A DNA stretch of 64,000 bases from a bacterium (lineage in GTDB: Bacteria; UBA8248): positions 1,632,001 to 1,696,000 of the forward strand of contig OZ244799.1 of assembly GCA_965219955.1 (NCBI GenBank), given 5' to 3'. Numbering within the stretch: the stretch's first letter is position 1; the number at the start of each line of letters is the position of its first letter. This document shows, piece by piece, positions 11,585 through 22,148 of this stretch. The notes beneath the pieces were generated by a model that was not told the origin of the DNA, made no database searches, and worked only from the letters and a program-made list of their open reading frames with translations. The position numbers were made by a program, and so were the translations under genes.

Positions 11585-13279
11585 GTGGAGCTCAATGGCT
11601 CGCAAATCATGATTGAAGAGTTGAAGGCGGCAGGCATCGAGATGGCCTTCGGCATACCAGGCGGCGCTATCATGCCGTTTTACGATGAACTGTTGAAGGC
11701 GGATTTCCCGCACATCCTCACCCGGCACGAGCAGGGGGCGGCCCACATGGCGGATGGTTACGCGCGCGTGAGCGGCAAAGTCGCCATTGTCGTCACGACC
11801 TCCGGCCCAGGAGCCACGAATCTCATCACCGGACTCGCCAATGCGCAGATGGATTCCGTACCACTCGTCGCCATAACGGGCCAAGTCGCCACTAACATGA
11901 TCGGCACCGACGCCTTTCAGGAAGCCGATGTGTACGGCTGCTCCATTCCGGTCACGAAATTCAACTGGCTCATCAAGGATGTTAATGAAATTCAACATGT
12001 TACGCGCGAAGCGATTCGCGTGGCGACTACGGGCCGGCCCGGTCCCGTTCTGATCGATTTCCCTAAAGACATTCAAATCACCAACGCGGCATACACGCCG
12101 CGAGAATCCGCTGAATCCCCTCTTCCGGTTCCCCGGGAGTATCCCGAACTCGACACGGAGGGAATCGACAAACTGCTCGCAGCCATAGAGCGGGCCGAGC
12201 GACCCGTCATCATCGGCGGCGCCGGCATCATCAAATCCGGGGCATCGGCGGAACTTGCGAAATTCGCAAAAGCGGCCGGCATCCCGGTCATCAACACATT
12301 GTTGGGGCTTGGGGGGTTTCCAGGAACGAATGAGCTTTTCCTCGGCATGCCGGGGATGCACGGCACGGCCTATGCGAACTTTGCTCTGTGTGAATGCGAT
12401 TTGCTCATCAATCTCGGCGCCCGTTTCGACGACCGCGTGACGGGCAAGGTGTCGAGCTTTTGCCCCAAGGCGACCATCGCGCACGTCGACATCGACGACG
12501 CCGAGATCGACAAGCGAGTGCACGCGCACATTCCGATTCTCGGGAATGTGCGGGACGTGTTGAGCGCGCTCAATGAGCATCTAAGGCCTGGAGATTACGA
12601 TGAGTGGCGTCAAACCTGGACGGATTGGAAGGAGAACTATCCCCTTCAATACGACTGGGACGGCTCCATCAAGCCCCAGTACGTGATCGATCAGATTCAG
12701 GAAATCACAGAAGGCAACGGCATATATGTGACCGGCGTAGGCCAGCATCAAATGTGGGCGGCGCAGTTTATCCGCTTCAACGAACCCAAGACCTGGGTGA
12801 CTTCCGGCGGTCTCGGCACGATGGGCTTCGGCCTTCCCGCCGCCATCGGCGCGAAATTCGCCCGTCCGGAAAAAGATGTATGGCTCATCGACGGCGACGG
12901 CAGCTTCGCGATGACGCTCGTCGAACTCGCCACGGCGGCGACCTATAACGTACCCGTGAAGGTCGCCATCCTCAACAATGCGTACCTGGGAATGGTCCGC
13001 CAGTGGCAGGAATTGTTCTTTGACAAACGCTACTCGCATTCGCATTACCCGGAAAATCCCGATTTCGGCACCATCGCGGAGGGCTATGGCGTAAAGGGCA
13101 TCAATGTTACCGACGTGAACGAAGTGCGGAATTCCCTCGAGACGGCGGCCGAACACGACGGGCCGGTGGTATTGAATTTCCTCGTCAACAAGGAGGAAAA
13201 CGTCTGGCCCATGGTTCCCGCCGGCGCCGGAAACGATGAAATGCAACTCGCCCCACCCTCCAGGGAAGCCAAATCATGA
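11585..13279 (+). CDS. ilvB: Acetohydroxyacid synthase large subunit (copy 2)
   Basis: Same motif set (RHEQGAAHMADGYAR, GMPGMHG, GDGSF, GMVRQWQ). GGAGG RBS with GTG start. Confidence 0.95.
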   Translation: MELNGSQIMIEELKAAGIEMAFGIPGGAIMPFYDELLKADFPHILTRHEQGAAHMADGYARVSGKVAIVVTTSGPGATNLITGLANAQMDSVPLVAITGQVATNMIGTDAFQEADVYGCSIPVTKFNWLIKDVNEIQHVTREAIRVATTGRPGPVLIDFPKDIQITNAAYTPRESAESPLPVPREYPELDTEGIDKLLAAIERAERPVIIGGAGIIKSGASAELAKFAKAAGIPVINTLLGLGGFPGTNELFLGMPGMHGTAYANFALCECDLLINLGARFDDRVTGKVSSFCPKATIAHVDIDDAEIDKRVHAHIPILGNVRDVLSALNEHLRPGDYDEWRQTWTDWKENYPLQYDWDGSIKPQYVIDQIQEITEGNGIYVTGVGQHQMWAAQFIRFNEPKTWVTSGGLGTMGFGLPAAIGAKFARPEKDVWLIDGDGSFAMTLVELATAATYNVPVKVAILNNAYLGMVRQWQELFFDKRYSHSHYPENPDFGTIAEGYGVKGINVTDVNEVRNSLETAAEHDGPVVLNFLVNKEENVWPMVPAGAGNDEMQLAPPSREAKS

Positions 13280-13779
13280 GACAGGTCTATTCTATTCTCG
13301 TCAACAACCACGCGGGCGTGCTTTCCCACGTGGCAGGCCTTTTCACGCGCCGTGGCTACAACATCGAAAGCATCGCCGCCGGACCGACGGAAGATACTAC
13401 GATAACGCGCATCGTCATCGTCGCCATCGGCGAGGAAAACGAACTCGACCAGATCGCCAAACAACTCCGCAAGCTCTACGACGTGCGGGAAGTCGAGCAA
13501 ATCTCTTATAACCAAGCCGTCACGCGCGAACTCGTTCTCGCGACAATCAAAGCGCCCATTACCAAAAGAAGTGAAATCATACAACTCGCCAACGCCTTCG
13601 GAGCTCAGGTGATTAACATGACCGACGATACGGTGACGCTCGAAGCGAGCGGCAACGATCATAAGGTCAGAACCCTCCTCAAGGCATTCGAAGGCTACGG
13701 AATTTCGCAGATGGCGCGCACGGGTATGATTTCACTGCCCTACGACGGCATGCCCGAGGATTGGGAGCCCATCGCATAA
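13276..13779 (+). CDS. ilvN: Acetohydroxyacid synthase small (regulatory) subunit (copy 1)
   Basis: SILVNNHAGVLSHVAGLFTRRGYNIESI ACT domain, ARTG C-terminal motif. ATGA overlap with ilvB copy 2. Confidence 0.93.
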   Translation: MRQVYSILVNNHAGVLSHVAGLFTRRGYNIESIAAGPTEDTTITRIVIVAIGEENELDQIAKQLRKLYDVREVEQISYNQAVTRELVLATIKAPITKRSEIIQLANAFGAQVINMTDDTVTLEASGNDHKVRTLLKAFEGYGISQMARTGMISLPYDGMPEDWEPIA

Positions 13780-14309
13780 TGTCCAGAAATGCCAACAACA
13801 CCAAGGATGAGACACATACAATAGCGGTTTTGGTGGAGAACAAATTCGGCGTTCTCGCCAAGGTGGCAAGCCTGTTCAGCGCCCGAGGCTACAACATCGA
13901 CAGCCTCTGCGTGGGGGTGACGCAGGACCCGAGCGTATCCCGAATCACTCTCGTCACGCGTGGAGACGCAAAAGTTCTCGAGCAGATCAGAAAACACCTC
14001 AGCAAGCTCATCGACACTTTCAAAGTGATGGACATGGGTGAGACGGATAGCGTCGAGAGAGAGATGATTCTCATCAAGGTTTCGGCACCGAAAGCCGCGC
14101 GGCCCGAGATTTTTCAAATCATCGACGTTTTCCGGGGCCGCGTCGTCGACGTGTCCACGGATACTATTACCGTCGAAGTCACAGGAGACGAGGGTAAAAT
14201 CCAAGCCATTTTGAATTTGCTCCAACCATTCGGTATCAAAGAGATCGCCCGCACAGGCAAAGTCGCGCTCACCCGTGGGGCCAAAACCCTCAAAGGCGCC
14301 AAAAATTAA
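13779..14309 (+). CDS. ilvN: Acetohydroxyacid synthase small subunit (copy 2)
   Basis: HTIAVLVENKFGVLAKVASLFSARGYNIDSL, EIARTGKVAL. TAATG overlap with the previous gene. Confidence 0.93.
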   Translation: MSRNANNTKDETHTIAVLVENKFGVLAKVASLFSARGYNIDSLCVGVTQDPSVSRITLVTRGDAKVLEQIRKHLSKLIDTFKVMDMGETDSVEREMILIKVSAPKAARPEIFQIIDVFRGRVVDVSTDTITVEVTGDEGKIQAILNLLQPFGIKEIARTGKVALTRGAKTLKGAKN

Positions 14310-14312
14310 TCT

Positions 14313-14969
14313 ATGAGTGAAAGAAACCACTCCCGCAGACCATTTGTTGCGAGAGAAGGGTGGGGCTACGTTTCGGGTTTATCGGCCATCGGCCTCATAT
14401 CGATCTTCTTCGGGGGATGGATGTGGACGGCACTTTTTTTTCTGCTGGCCGCGGCCGTAGCCGGTTTTTTCAGAGACCCCGATCGCACCCCTCCCGATGA
14501 GCCGGGCGTCGTCTTGTCCCCTGCGGATGGTCGGGTCGTGGAAGTCGCCTCCACCGAAGATGGCGGAAACGTGGTCCGGATTTTCCTCTCCCCTCTGGAT
14601 GTTCACATCAACCGATCGCCCGTGGGGGGGAGAATATCGAACATCCACTATCAAAAAGGCCGTTTTCTGGCTGCCTACAAAGAAGCCGCCTCAAGCATCA
14701 ATGAGCAAAACGCCCTGGAAATCGAGACGAACACGGGCGATAATTTCAGGGTCATTCAAATCGCCGGCGTCCTGGCCCGGCGGATTGTCTGCTGGACCAA
14801 AGCGGGCGATACCATAAGCTTAGGGGAGCGCTTCGGGCTGATTCAGTTCGGATCGCGAACGGATCTATATTTTCCGGAAGGATATAATATATCCGTGGAA
14901 CAGGGGCAGCGTGTTCGCGGAGGAGAGACCATCGTTGGACGAACAAACAACCAGACAGCCACGGAATAA
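14313..14969 (+). CDS. psd: Phosphatidylserine decarboxylase
   Basis: FFRDPDR, SPADG, IFLSPLDVHINRSP, FGSRTD self-cleavage motif. Confidence 0.93.
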   Translation: MSERNHSRRPFVAREGWGYVSGLSAIGLISIFFGGWMWTALFFLLAAAVAGFFRDPDRTPPDEPGVVLSPADGRVVEVASTEDGGNVVRIFLSPLDVHINRSPVGGRISNIHYQKGRFLAAYKEAASSINEQNALEIETNTGDNFRVIQIAGVLARRIVCWTKAGDTISLGERFGLIQFGSRTDLYFPEGYNISVEQGQRVRGGETIVGRTNNQTATE

Positions 14970-15771
14970 ATTTGGTCGTCGTTCACGCAGGAGAAGACGT
15001 CGCTCTGGAAGACGCTCTTTTCAGCGAGGGATTTTCCTGGTTCCAAATCTGCTGACGACGGGAAGCCTGTTTGCCGGTTTCTATGCGATCGTCGCTTCCA
15101 TTCAGGGAGACTTCACCTGGGCCTCGCTGGCCATTTTGTTGGCTATCGTTTTAGATGGGCTCGACGGCACTGTCGCCCGGTTGACGAAAAGCACAAGCCC
15201 TTTTGGACTTCAATACGATTCTTTATGCGACCTGACGGCTTTCGGCATCGCGCCGGCCGTTTTGCTATATACCTGGCTCCTCGCCCCTTACGGGAGAATC
15301 GGCTGGCTGGCCACATTCATATTCGCTGCTTGCGGCGCCTTGAGGCTGGCGCGCTTCAACGTGCTGGCGCAAGCGGGCAGCGGTTCCATAGATTTTCGAG
15401 GACTGCCGATACCCGGAGCAGCGGGTGTTTTGGCATCCATCGTATATTTGGTTGAAGATTTTTCGATAAAGCCGCACGTCCCCCTTATCCTCATTGCGGC
15501 GCTCAGCTATGTGCTGGCATTCCTGATGGTGAGCACCATTCGCTATAAAAGTTTCAAGGATTTAAGCAGCCCTCTCAGAAGACCATTCCGCGTCCTCGTC
15601 GGCGCTGTGCTGGCACTGTTCGTGGCGGCGGCGATTCCTCAGGTGGTCGCCTGTCTGGCTTTTGTCGGTTACGCCGCATCCGGCCCCTATGGAATGATAA
15701 CGAGATGGCGGAGAACCAAACGAGAGAGCGGTTCCGAAAACCTCGAAGAAACGCATTCGGAATCAACATAA
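14911..15771 (+). CDS. pssA: CDP-diacylglycerol--serine O-phosphatidyltransferase (start uncertain)
   Basis: PNLLTT, DGLDGTVAR...FGLQYDSLCD, LRLARFN, GLPIP. Adjacent to psd. Confidence 0.93.
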   Translation: MFAEERPSLDEQTTRQPRNKFGRRSRRRRRRSGRRSFQRGIFLVPNLLTTGSLFAGFYAIVASIQGDFTWASLAILLAIVLDGLDGTVARLTKSTSPFGLQYDSLCDLTAFGIAPAVLLYTWLLAPYGRIGWLATFIFAACGALRLARFNVLAQAGSGSIDFRGLPIPGAAGVLASIVYLVEDFSIKPHVPLILIAALSYVLAFLMVSTIRYKSFKDLSSPLRRPFRVLVGAVLALFVAAAIPQVVACLAFVGYAASGPYGMITRWRRTKRESGSENLEETHSEST

Positions 15772-15952
15772 CCCTTCCCGAAGCGCGTCTCATGCTGCTG
15801 TAAACGGTTCGAATGATGAGCCGTATCTTATCTTGTTGCTTATTGCCTCTCGATTGCGATCTCATCAAATAGTATTCATAATCTTTTCGACTCAACAACG
15901 TATTTGAAAGCCAAATTCATCTGAAGCCAGAGACAGTTCTTAACGATTCACG

Positions 15953-18283
15953 ATGATGAGAGTCTCCGTGTCGAATAGCAAAAAAATCACTTCTCTGAAA
16001 ACACATGGGCTAAATTTATCAATCGCCATTTTCTCCCTCGTGCTTTTCTGGACGCCATCTGCCCCGCAGGCACAGCAAAATAGTGGTGCGAAATCACAAG
16101 CTCCGCCCTCTTCGTCCTCGAAAAGCGACAAGGACCCCCGGTTCTTGAAGGAACGGGAAGCGTCTATAGCCATCACGGCCGATGAGTTACGAGAAGATCG
16201 GGAGCGTCAGCGGATAATCGGTCGCGGGTCTGCAGATATCCGGTATTTAGGCAAAAGAATTAAAGCAGACCATATCGAGGTGCAAACATCGACGCGCGAT
16301 GGCGTTGCTACGGGAAACATTGTTTTTCAAACCACGAATGACCGCATCGTAGCCAACCGCATCGAGTTCAATCTCGATACTGAGCGGATGGTCGTGTTTA
16401 ACGCACGCGGCATCATCGGCACCACATATTATGTAACGGGACGAGTGATAAGGCGCTTGTCAGAAGACCGGTATGAAATCCAGGGGGGCACTTTCACCAC
16501 ATGTGAAGGGGATCTTCCAGACTGGGCTTTCGGCTTCGAGCGGGCAACCTTCCAGGTCGAGGGCTACGCTCAACTCGAAGCCCCCACCATGACGTTGAAG
16601 GGCGTACCGGCGGCTTATTTCCCCTGGGCCATGGTGCCGATTAAAACGGAAAGAGCCACCGGCTTCCTGCTGCCGGGCATCGGATCGAGCAGTCGAAGCG
16701 GTTTCCAGTTTTCCCCCACATTTTTCTGGGCTATTGACGATTCGTCGGACGCCACCTTCGGGGTCGATTATTTCACCAAGCGCGGTGCTCGCTACAAAGG
16801 AGAGTTCCGCTACGCGCCGAATCAAAATACCTCGGGGCAGATAGCGGGACGCTACCTGAAAGACAAAATCGAGCGGGCAACCTTTTGGGACGTCAGAGGT
16901 TTCCATCGCACGAACTTCAAGGACATTGACGCCAATCTTCACGCCGTGATCGATTCGCAAAAACGTCCGGCAAACGACCGCTCCCTCGAAAGCGATTTGC
17001 TGACTCGCACGCGCCAGGGTACGGACACCCACGTCAATTTCACGCAAAATCTTCCCAAAATAGCAGGGCAACTTCAGCTGGGAATGAGACGACGCGAAGG
17101 TTTAGGCGAAAACGATGGGCAATTGTTTCAAAGAGCGCCGGATATCGTTCTGGACATCCACAACAAGCGTCTGGGGAAAAGCGATTTTTACTTTAACCTG
17201 GATTCCTCCTTCACCAATTTCAGAAAATCGGAGAACGAAAACACGCTCCGCTTGAGTCGCTTTCACGTCGAACCGTCCTTTTCGTTTCGTTTGGAGACTG
17301 TTCCCTGGCTCGCCCTGACGCCCGAAATCGGATTCCGCAGAACCCACTGGACGCATCAAAGGACAGAGCCGGGCGCAGATTCACATTTCGATGACACGCA
17401 ACACGTGGAATCCGGCCTCTCACGTGAAATGTGGTTTGCAAGGCTTCATGCGATTGGCCCGCGTTACAGCAAAGTCTACCGGGGAGAACTCGGCCCCTTC
17501 CGGGATTTCAAGCACATCCTCTCGTTTGAGACGACATATCAATACAGCCCGAACAACGACGCGTATGACAGAAGCCTGATCCTCCCCCTGGATATGGTGG
17601 ACGCTCTTCAGCATGAACATGCCATCGAATACGCTATCGTGAACCGTGTGCTGACGAAACTGCCTAAAAAAGACGGCTTCCAGACAAGGCAGTTGTTTCG
17701 CTACCGAATCAGCCAAACGTACGATCTCGTCGAAGCGCGAAGGAATGAAGATCTGGACACGAAGCCGAAACGTCCTTTGAGCGACATCACACTCCGGCTC
17801 GAATCGCAGCCCTTCTCCAAGCTTCGCCTGCTACAACAATTCAAATACAACCCCTATGACCTGGAAATCAGCGAACACTCCACGGGTGTCTTTGTCGACG
17901 GTGGGAAGAAATGGTATCTCAATCTCGATCGGACCTGGACGCGCCAAAGAGATGATTACCCGGAAAACGCAGAGGGAAGTTATCTGAATTTCGGAGGAGG
18001 GTTCTCCCTCAACGAGCATCTTTTCCTCGAATACGCCTCGCGTTTGAACAAAACCGAAAAGACCACATTGGAGCAAAGCATCACGGCGCGCTACCTCGAT
18101 TGCTGTTGGGGCATGGAGCTTACGTTCACCGACACCAAGGATAAAAGCGAAGTCTTCCTCGGCTTTAGCCTCATCGGCCTGCTCGAAGGTGAGAGAGCCC
18201 TGGGTTTCACGAGCAGACGAAATGCACTACGAAAAGGCGGACTTTCAGGAATCAGCTCATGGGCGACTTCGCCTTTTGAGTAA
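15953..18283 (+). CDS. lptD: LPS-assembly outer-membrane protein LptD
   Basis: OstA-like N-terminus, FTTCEG..PDW, RATGFLLP, C-terminal Y..CCW beta-barrel motif. Confidence 0.88.
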   Translation: MMRVSVSNSKKITSLKTHGLNLSIAIFSLVLFWTPSAPQAQQNSGAKSQAPPSSSSKSDKDPRFLKEREASIAITADELREDRERQRIIGRGSADIRYLGKRIKADHIEVQTSTRDGVATGNIVFQTTNDRIVANRIEFNLDTERMVVFNARGIIGTTYYVTGRVIRRLSEDRYEIQGGTFTTCEGDLPDWAFGFERATFQVEGYAQLEAPTMTLKGVPAAYFPWAMVPIKTERATGFLLPGIGSSSRSGFQFSPTFFWAIDDSSDATFGVDYFTKRGARYKGEFRYAPNQNTSGQIAGRYLKDKIERATFWDVRGFHRTNFKDIDANLHAVIDSQKRPANDRSLESDLLTRTRQGTDTHVNFTQNLPKIAGQLQLGMRRREGLGENDGQLFQRAPDIVLDIHNKRLGKSDFYFNLDSSFTNFRKSENENTLRLSRFHVEPSFSFRLETVPWLALTPEIGFRRTHWTHQRTEPGADSHFDDTQHVESGLSREMWFARLHAIGPRYSKVYRGELGPFRDFKHILSFETTYQYSPNNDAYDRSLILPLDMVDALQHEHAIEYAIVNRVLTKLPKKDGFQTRQLFRYRISQTYDLVEARRNEDLDTKPKRPLSDITLRLESQPFSKLRLLQQFKYNPYDLEISEHSTGVFVDGGKKWYLNLDRTWTRQRDDYPENAEGSYLNFGGGFSLNEHLFLEYASRLNKTEKTTLEQSITARYLDCCWGMELTFTDTKDKSEVFLGFSLIGLLEGERALGFTSRRNALRKGGLSGISSWATSPFE

Positions 18284-18347
18284 AAGCGCGGATTCTCTCT
18301 GATACGATTGGGCAAACCGCTCATTTGATGAAGCGTGGGGCAATCCA

Positions 18348-19679
18348 GTGAACATTTGCGTTATCGGCTGTGGATATGTCGGATTGGTCACGGGGGCCAT
18401 TTTCGCCGATTTGGGTAACGACGTTATCGGCGTGGATATCGACAAAAGCCGCGTGGATTCCCTGAACGCGGGCGACTGTCCCATCCATGAACCCAGACTG
18501 CCTGAACTGCTGAAACGCAACCTCGAAGAAGGCAGGCTCACTTTCGCGACCTCCATTCCCGAAGCCGTATCGACAAGTGAGATTATTTTCATATGCGTGG
18601 GCACGCCACCCGCTGAAGATGGGGGAACCGACCTCTCGCAGGTGGAGACGGCAGCGACAGGCATCGCCCATGCGGTGAATGGCTACAAGATTATTGTCAA
18701 CAAAAGCACCGTGCCTGTCGGAACGGGGGATTTCGTCCGGGATGTCATCGAAAAAAATGGTGTTGCCGCGAAAGATTTCGACGTGGTCTGTAATCCGGAA
18801 TTTCTGCGCGAAGGGCAAGCGGTGCGGGACACCCTCCAGCCGGATCGCATAGTCATCGGCTCATCATCGGAAACAGCGGCAAAAACCGTTGAGCTTCTAT
18901 ATCAAGCCCTGGGGGCTCCTTGCATCATTACGGACACACAAAGCGCCGAGTTGATCAAATACGCCTCGAACGCGTTTTTGGCTACGAAAATCACTTTCAT
19001 CAACGCGGTGGCGAACCTTTGCGAGCAAACGCAGGCGGATATTCGGGAGGTCGTCAAAGGGGTTGGCGCAGATTCCCGAATTGGCCCTGCTTTCCTGGGG
19101 GCGGGGTTGGGCTATGGAGGTTCCTGCTTCCCGAAAGATGTGGATGCCCTGTTGCACGCCTCCAGAAGACTTGGCGCTGAAATGCCGATTTTAGAAGCCG
19201 TGAGAGCTGAAAACGACAGCCGGGTTCCCCGGTTTATACAAAGAATCATCGGGAGACTCGGCACAAAGAAACGCTTGCCGCTCGAAGGAACAACCATTGG
19301 CGTTCTGGGACTATCGTTTAAACCGGACACGGATGACATGCGAGAGGCCAAAAGCATTGAGATTTGTCATGCGCTACGTGAGACGGGAGCCAGACTGCGC
19401 GCTTACGATCCCATCGCCACCACAAACGCCCGGCGAATCATAGGGGATGACGGTATCGAATACTGCCAAAACCCCTACGAGGCAGCTAAAGGCGCAAGCG
19501 GGATCGTCATTGTAACCGAGTGGCGCGAATTTATTCAGTTGAATCTGAATCGCTTGAAATCTGAGATGGTGGAACCGGTTATATTCGACGGACGAAATGT
19601 CTATTCTTCTGAACAAGTAACTGATGCTGGCTTTGAATACTTCAGCATCGGGAAAACACCCTCCAAACCTAAACAATGA
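18348..19679 (+). CDS. ugd: UDP-glucose 6-dehydrogenase
   Basis: [45 protein letters not shown]. Confidence 0.95.
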   Translation: MNICVIGCGYVGLVTGAIFADLGNDVIGVDIDKSRVDSLNAGDCPIHEPRLPELLKRNLEEGRLTFATSIPEAVSTSEIIFICVGTPPAEDGGTDLSQVETAATGIAHAVNGYKIIVNKSTVPVGTGDFVRDVIEKNGVAAKDFDVVCNPEFLREGQAVRDTLQPDRIVIGSSSETAAKTVELLYQALGAPCIITDTQSAELIKYASNAFLATKITFINAVANLCEQTQADIREVVKGVGADSRIGPAFLGAGLGYGGSCFPKDVDALLHASRRLGAEMPILEAVRAENDSRVPRFIQRIIGRLGTKKRLPLEGTTIGVLGLSFKPDTDDMREAKSIEICHALRETGARLRAYDPIATTNARRIIGDDGIEYCQNPYEAAKGASGIVIVTEWREFIQLNLNRLKSEMVEPVIFDGRNVYSSEQVTDAGFEYFSIGKTPSKPKQ

Positions 19680-20632
19680 AAAACTCTCGCGTTGTGGTAA
19701 CGGGCGGAGCGGGCTTCATCGGCTCCCATTTGTGCGACAAACTCATCGCGCTGGGCAACGACGTCATATGCGTCGACAATTTACTTACAGGGCATCGGCT
19801 GAATATCGAGCATCTTCTTAAAAGCGAACATCAAAACTTTACGCTCATTGAACACAACGTGAGTGAACACATTCACGTCGAGGGAAACGTGGACGCCGTT
19901 TTTCATCTCGCGAGCCCGGCCAGCCCGAATGACTATTTGAAATTTCCCATCCAAACGTTAAAAGTCGGCTCCCTCGGCACGCATAATGCCCTGGGGCTTG
20001 CGAAGGAAAAAAAAGCGCGCTTTCTTCTGGCTTCCACTTCGGAAGTATACGGCGACCCCCAGATTCATCCGCAGAACGAGGAATACTGGGGACACGTCAA
20101 TCCCATCGGTCCTCGCGGCGTGTATGACGAAGCCAAGAGATTCTCAGAAGCCATGACCATGGCCTATCACCGTACCCACCACCTCAACGTACACATCGCC
20201 CGCATCTTCAATACCTATGGTCCGAGAATGCGAATCGCCGACGGTCGCGCGATACCCGCTTTTATTTCACAGGCCATCAGAAATGAACCCATCAGCGTTT
20301 TTGGCGATGGAAAGCAGACGAGAAGTTTTTGTTTCATCACCGATCTCATCGATGGCGTCATCAAACTGATGGACAGCGAAATTCATGAACCCGTCAACCT
20401 CGGAAATCCTTCCGAGATGACGATTCTCGACCTTGCGGAGAAAATCATCGCGCTCACAGGCGCAGACTCGGAAATCCGGCATGAGGCGCTGCCTGTCGAT
20501 GACCCGAAAATTCGACAACCCGACATCGGGAAAGCGAAAAAACACCTCGGCTGGGAGCCGGCGATTTTTCTGGAAGAGGGAATTCTGGCCACAATAGATG
20601 ACTTCAGGAAACGATTGAACATCAACCCTTGA
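19676..20632 (+). CDS. UDP-glucuronate decarboxylase (UDP-xylose synthase)-type SDR
   Basis: [48 protein letters not shown]. Confidence 0.92.
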   Translation: MKNSRVVVTGGAGFIGSHLCDKLIALGNDVICVDNLLTGHRLNIEHLLKSEHQNFTLIEHNVSEHIHVEGNVDAVFHLASPASPNDYLKFPIQTLKVGSLGTHNALGLAKEKKARFLLASTSEVYGDPQIHPQNEEYWGHVNPIGPRGVYDEAKRFSEAMTMAYHRTHHLNVHIARIFNTYGPRMRIADGRAIPAFISQAIRNEPISVFGDGKQTRSFCFITDLIDGVIKLMDSEIHEPVNLGNPSEMTILDLAEKIIALTGADSEIRHEALPVDDPKIRQPDIGKAKKHLGWEPAIFLEEGILATIDDFRKRLNINP

Positions 20633-20670
20633 AATCCAGCCCCTGGATCGGCTAGATTGCAGAGCACCGG

Positions 20671-21327
20671 GTGGATTCCCTGCTCCACCTCCACTACCGC
20701 CCCACTGCTCAGAGGCATCCTTTGGGATCATCGGCAAAGGAATTCCTGGCCGAACGCGCCGTGAAGTATGAATCGCTGGCCACGAGCGACTACTCCCGGC
20801 AGGTAGACGATATCTCCAGCGTCATAGTCGAATGCCTGGTGTCCGAAAGGAAAATTATCGCCTTCGGCAACGGGGGGAGCTCCGCACTCGCCATGCACTT
20901 CACGGGCGAACTCGTTGGCCGCTTCCTGGCTGATCGCGCTCCCCTGCCCGCTGTCTGCCTCAGCGGCGACACGAGCGCCCTCACCGCTATCGGGAACGAC
21001 TACGCGTACGAGGAAATTTTTGCGCGGCAAATCCAGGCGCACGGACGAGCGGGAGACGTCGCCCTGGGTCTGAGCACGAGCGGCAAGTCCGCCAATGTCG
21101 TCTCCGCTCTCAAGCGAGCCGACGCCATTGGGTTGGTTGGCGTCACGATGACAGGCGGCAGCGACAGCCCTGCCTCCCAGGCCGCCAAATATGCGGCGAA
21201 AGTGCCATCGAATGACACCGGTTTCATTCAGGAAGCCCATGAAGCCGCTCTTCATTATATTTGCCACCGCATTGATGATGTTTTCACCAGGGATTCGCAA
21301 GAACGAAAAATCGCCTCTAATGGTTGA
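20671..21327 (+). CDS. gmhA: Sedoheptulose-7-phosphate isomerase (SIS domain; start uncertain)
   Basis: GNGGSS, TAIGNDY, STSGKSANV, IQEAH. Confidence 0.9.
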   Translation: MDSLLHLHYRPTAQRHPLGSSAKEFLAERAVKYESLATSDYSRQVDDISSVIVECLVSERKIIAFGNGGSSALAMHFTGELVGRFLADRAPLPAVCLSGDTSALTAIGNDYAYEEIFARQIQAHGRAGDVALGLSTSGKSANVVSALKRADAIGLVGVTMTGGSDSPASQAAKYAAKVPSNDTGFIQEAHEAALHYICHRIDDVFTRDSQERKIASNG

Positions 21328-22148
21328 GTGAAAACGACGACGGGACGCGAGACGTGGAAATCGGAGTTTTAGGCAGCGGGAGCAGAGGAAACGCCGCGCT
21401 GGTTCGCTCGAACGGCGCGTCGTTTCTCGTCGATGCGGGCCTCAGCGCGAAGCAAATCACAAAGCGCCTCGAGACCTACGGCATCCGCCCGCAGGACCTG
21501 ATGGCCATCGTTCTCACGCATGAACACATCGATCACATCAGAAGCGCGGGCACTTTGGCGAGAAGGTGGAACCTGCCGCTTTGGACGAACAAAGCCACAT
21601 ACACGGCAAGCCAGGAGACGATAGGCGAGACACCTGCATGGACGGAAATCGAAGTGGGACTCCCCTTTCACATCGGCGGCATACGGATCGAACCTTTCAG
21701 CACGCCCCATGACGCGGCCGATCCCTTCGGGTTGATATTCAACGATGAAGACGGGCGCCGCGTCGGTTTCGCCACCGACATGGGATTCGTCACAAACCTT
21801 GCGCGCCAGAGACTCCAGGGACTCCAGGGACTCGTCCTGGAGTTCAATCATGACGTGGAAATGCTCATCAACGGCCCCTACCCATGGCCGATCAAACAGA
21901 GGATTCGGGGAAAACTCGGACACCTCAGCAACGAGGACGCAGCCAAGCTGCTCAGGAACATCGTAACGGCCGACTTCGAGTGGCTCATCTGCGCTCATAT
22001 CTCACATGAGAACAATGAGAACCGGCTTCTCCTGGAGACGGCCCGAAAAGCGTTGAACGGCCATGAACGCAGAAATCTCCTGAGCGCCTCTCAGGATGAG
22101 CCAACCCCCCTCGTGGGCGCCGGAGGAATAGCGGAGGAACTCTCTTGA
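21324..22148 (+). CDS. MBL-fold metallohydrolase (YycJ/WalJ-like)
   Basis: LGSGSRGN, THEHIDH, TPHDAADP, LEFNHD, GHLSN. Confidence 0.88.
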   Translation: MSENDDGTRDVEIGVLGSGSRGNAALVRSNGASFLVDAGLSAKQITKRLETYGIRPQDLMAIVLTHEHIDHIRSAGTLARRWNLPLWTNKATYTASQETIGETPAWTEIEVGLPFHIGGIRIEPFSTPHDAADPFGLIFNDEDGRRVGFATDMGFVTNLARQRLQGLQGLVLEFNHDVEMLINGPYPWPIKQRIRGKLGHLSNEDAAKLLRNIVTADFEWLICAHISHENNENRLLLETARKALNGHERRNLLSASQDEPTPLVGAGGIAEELS

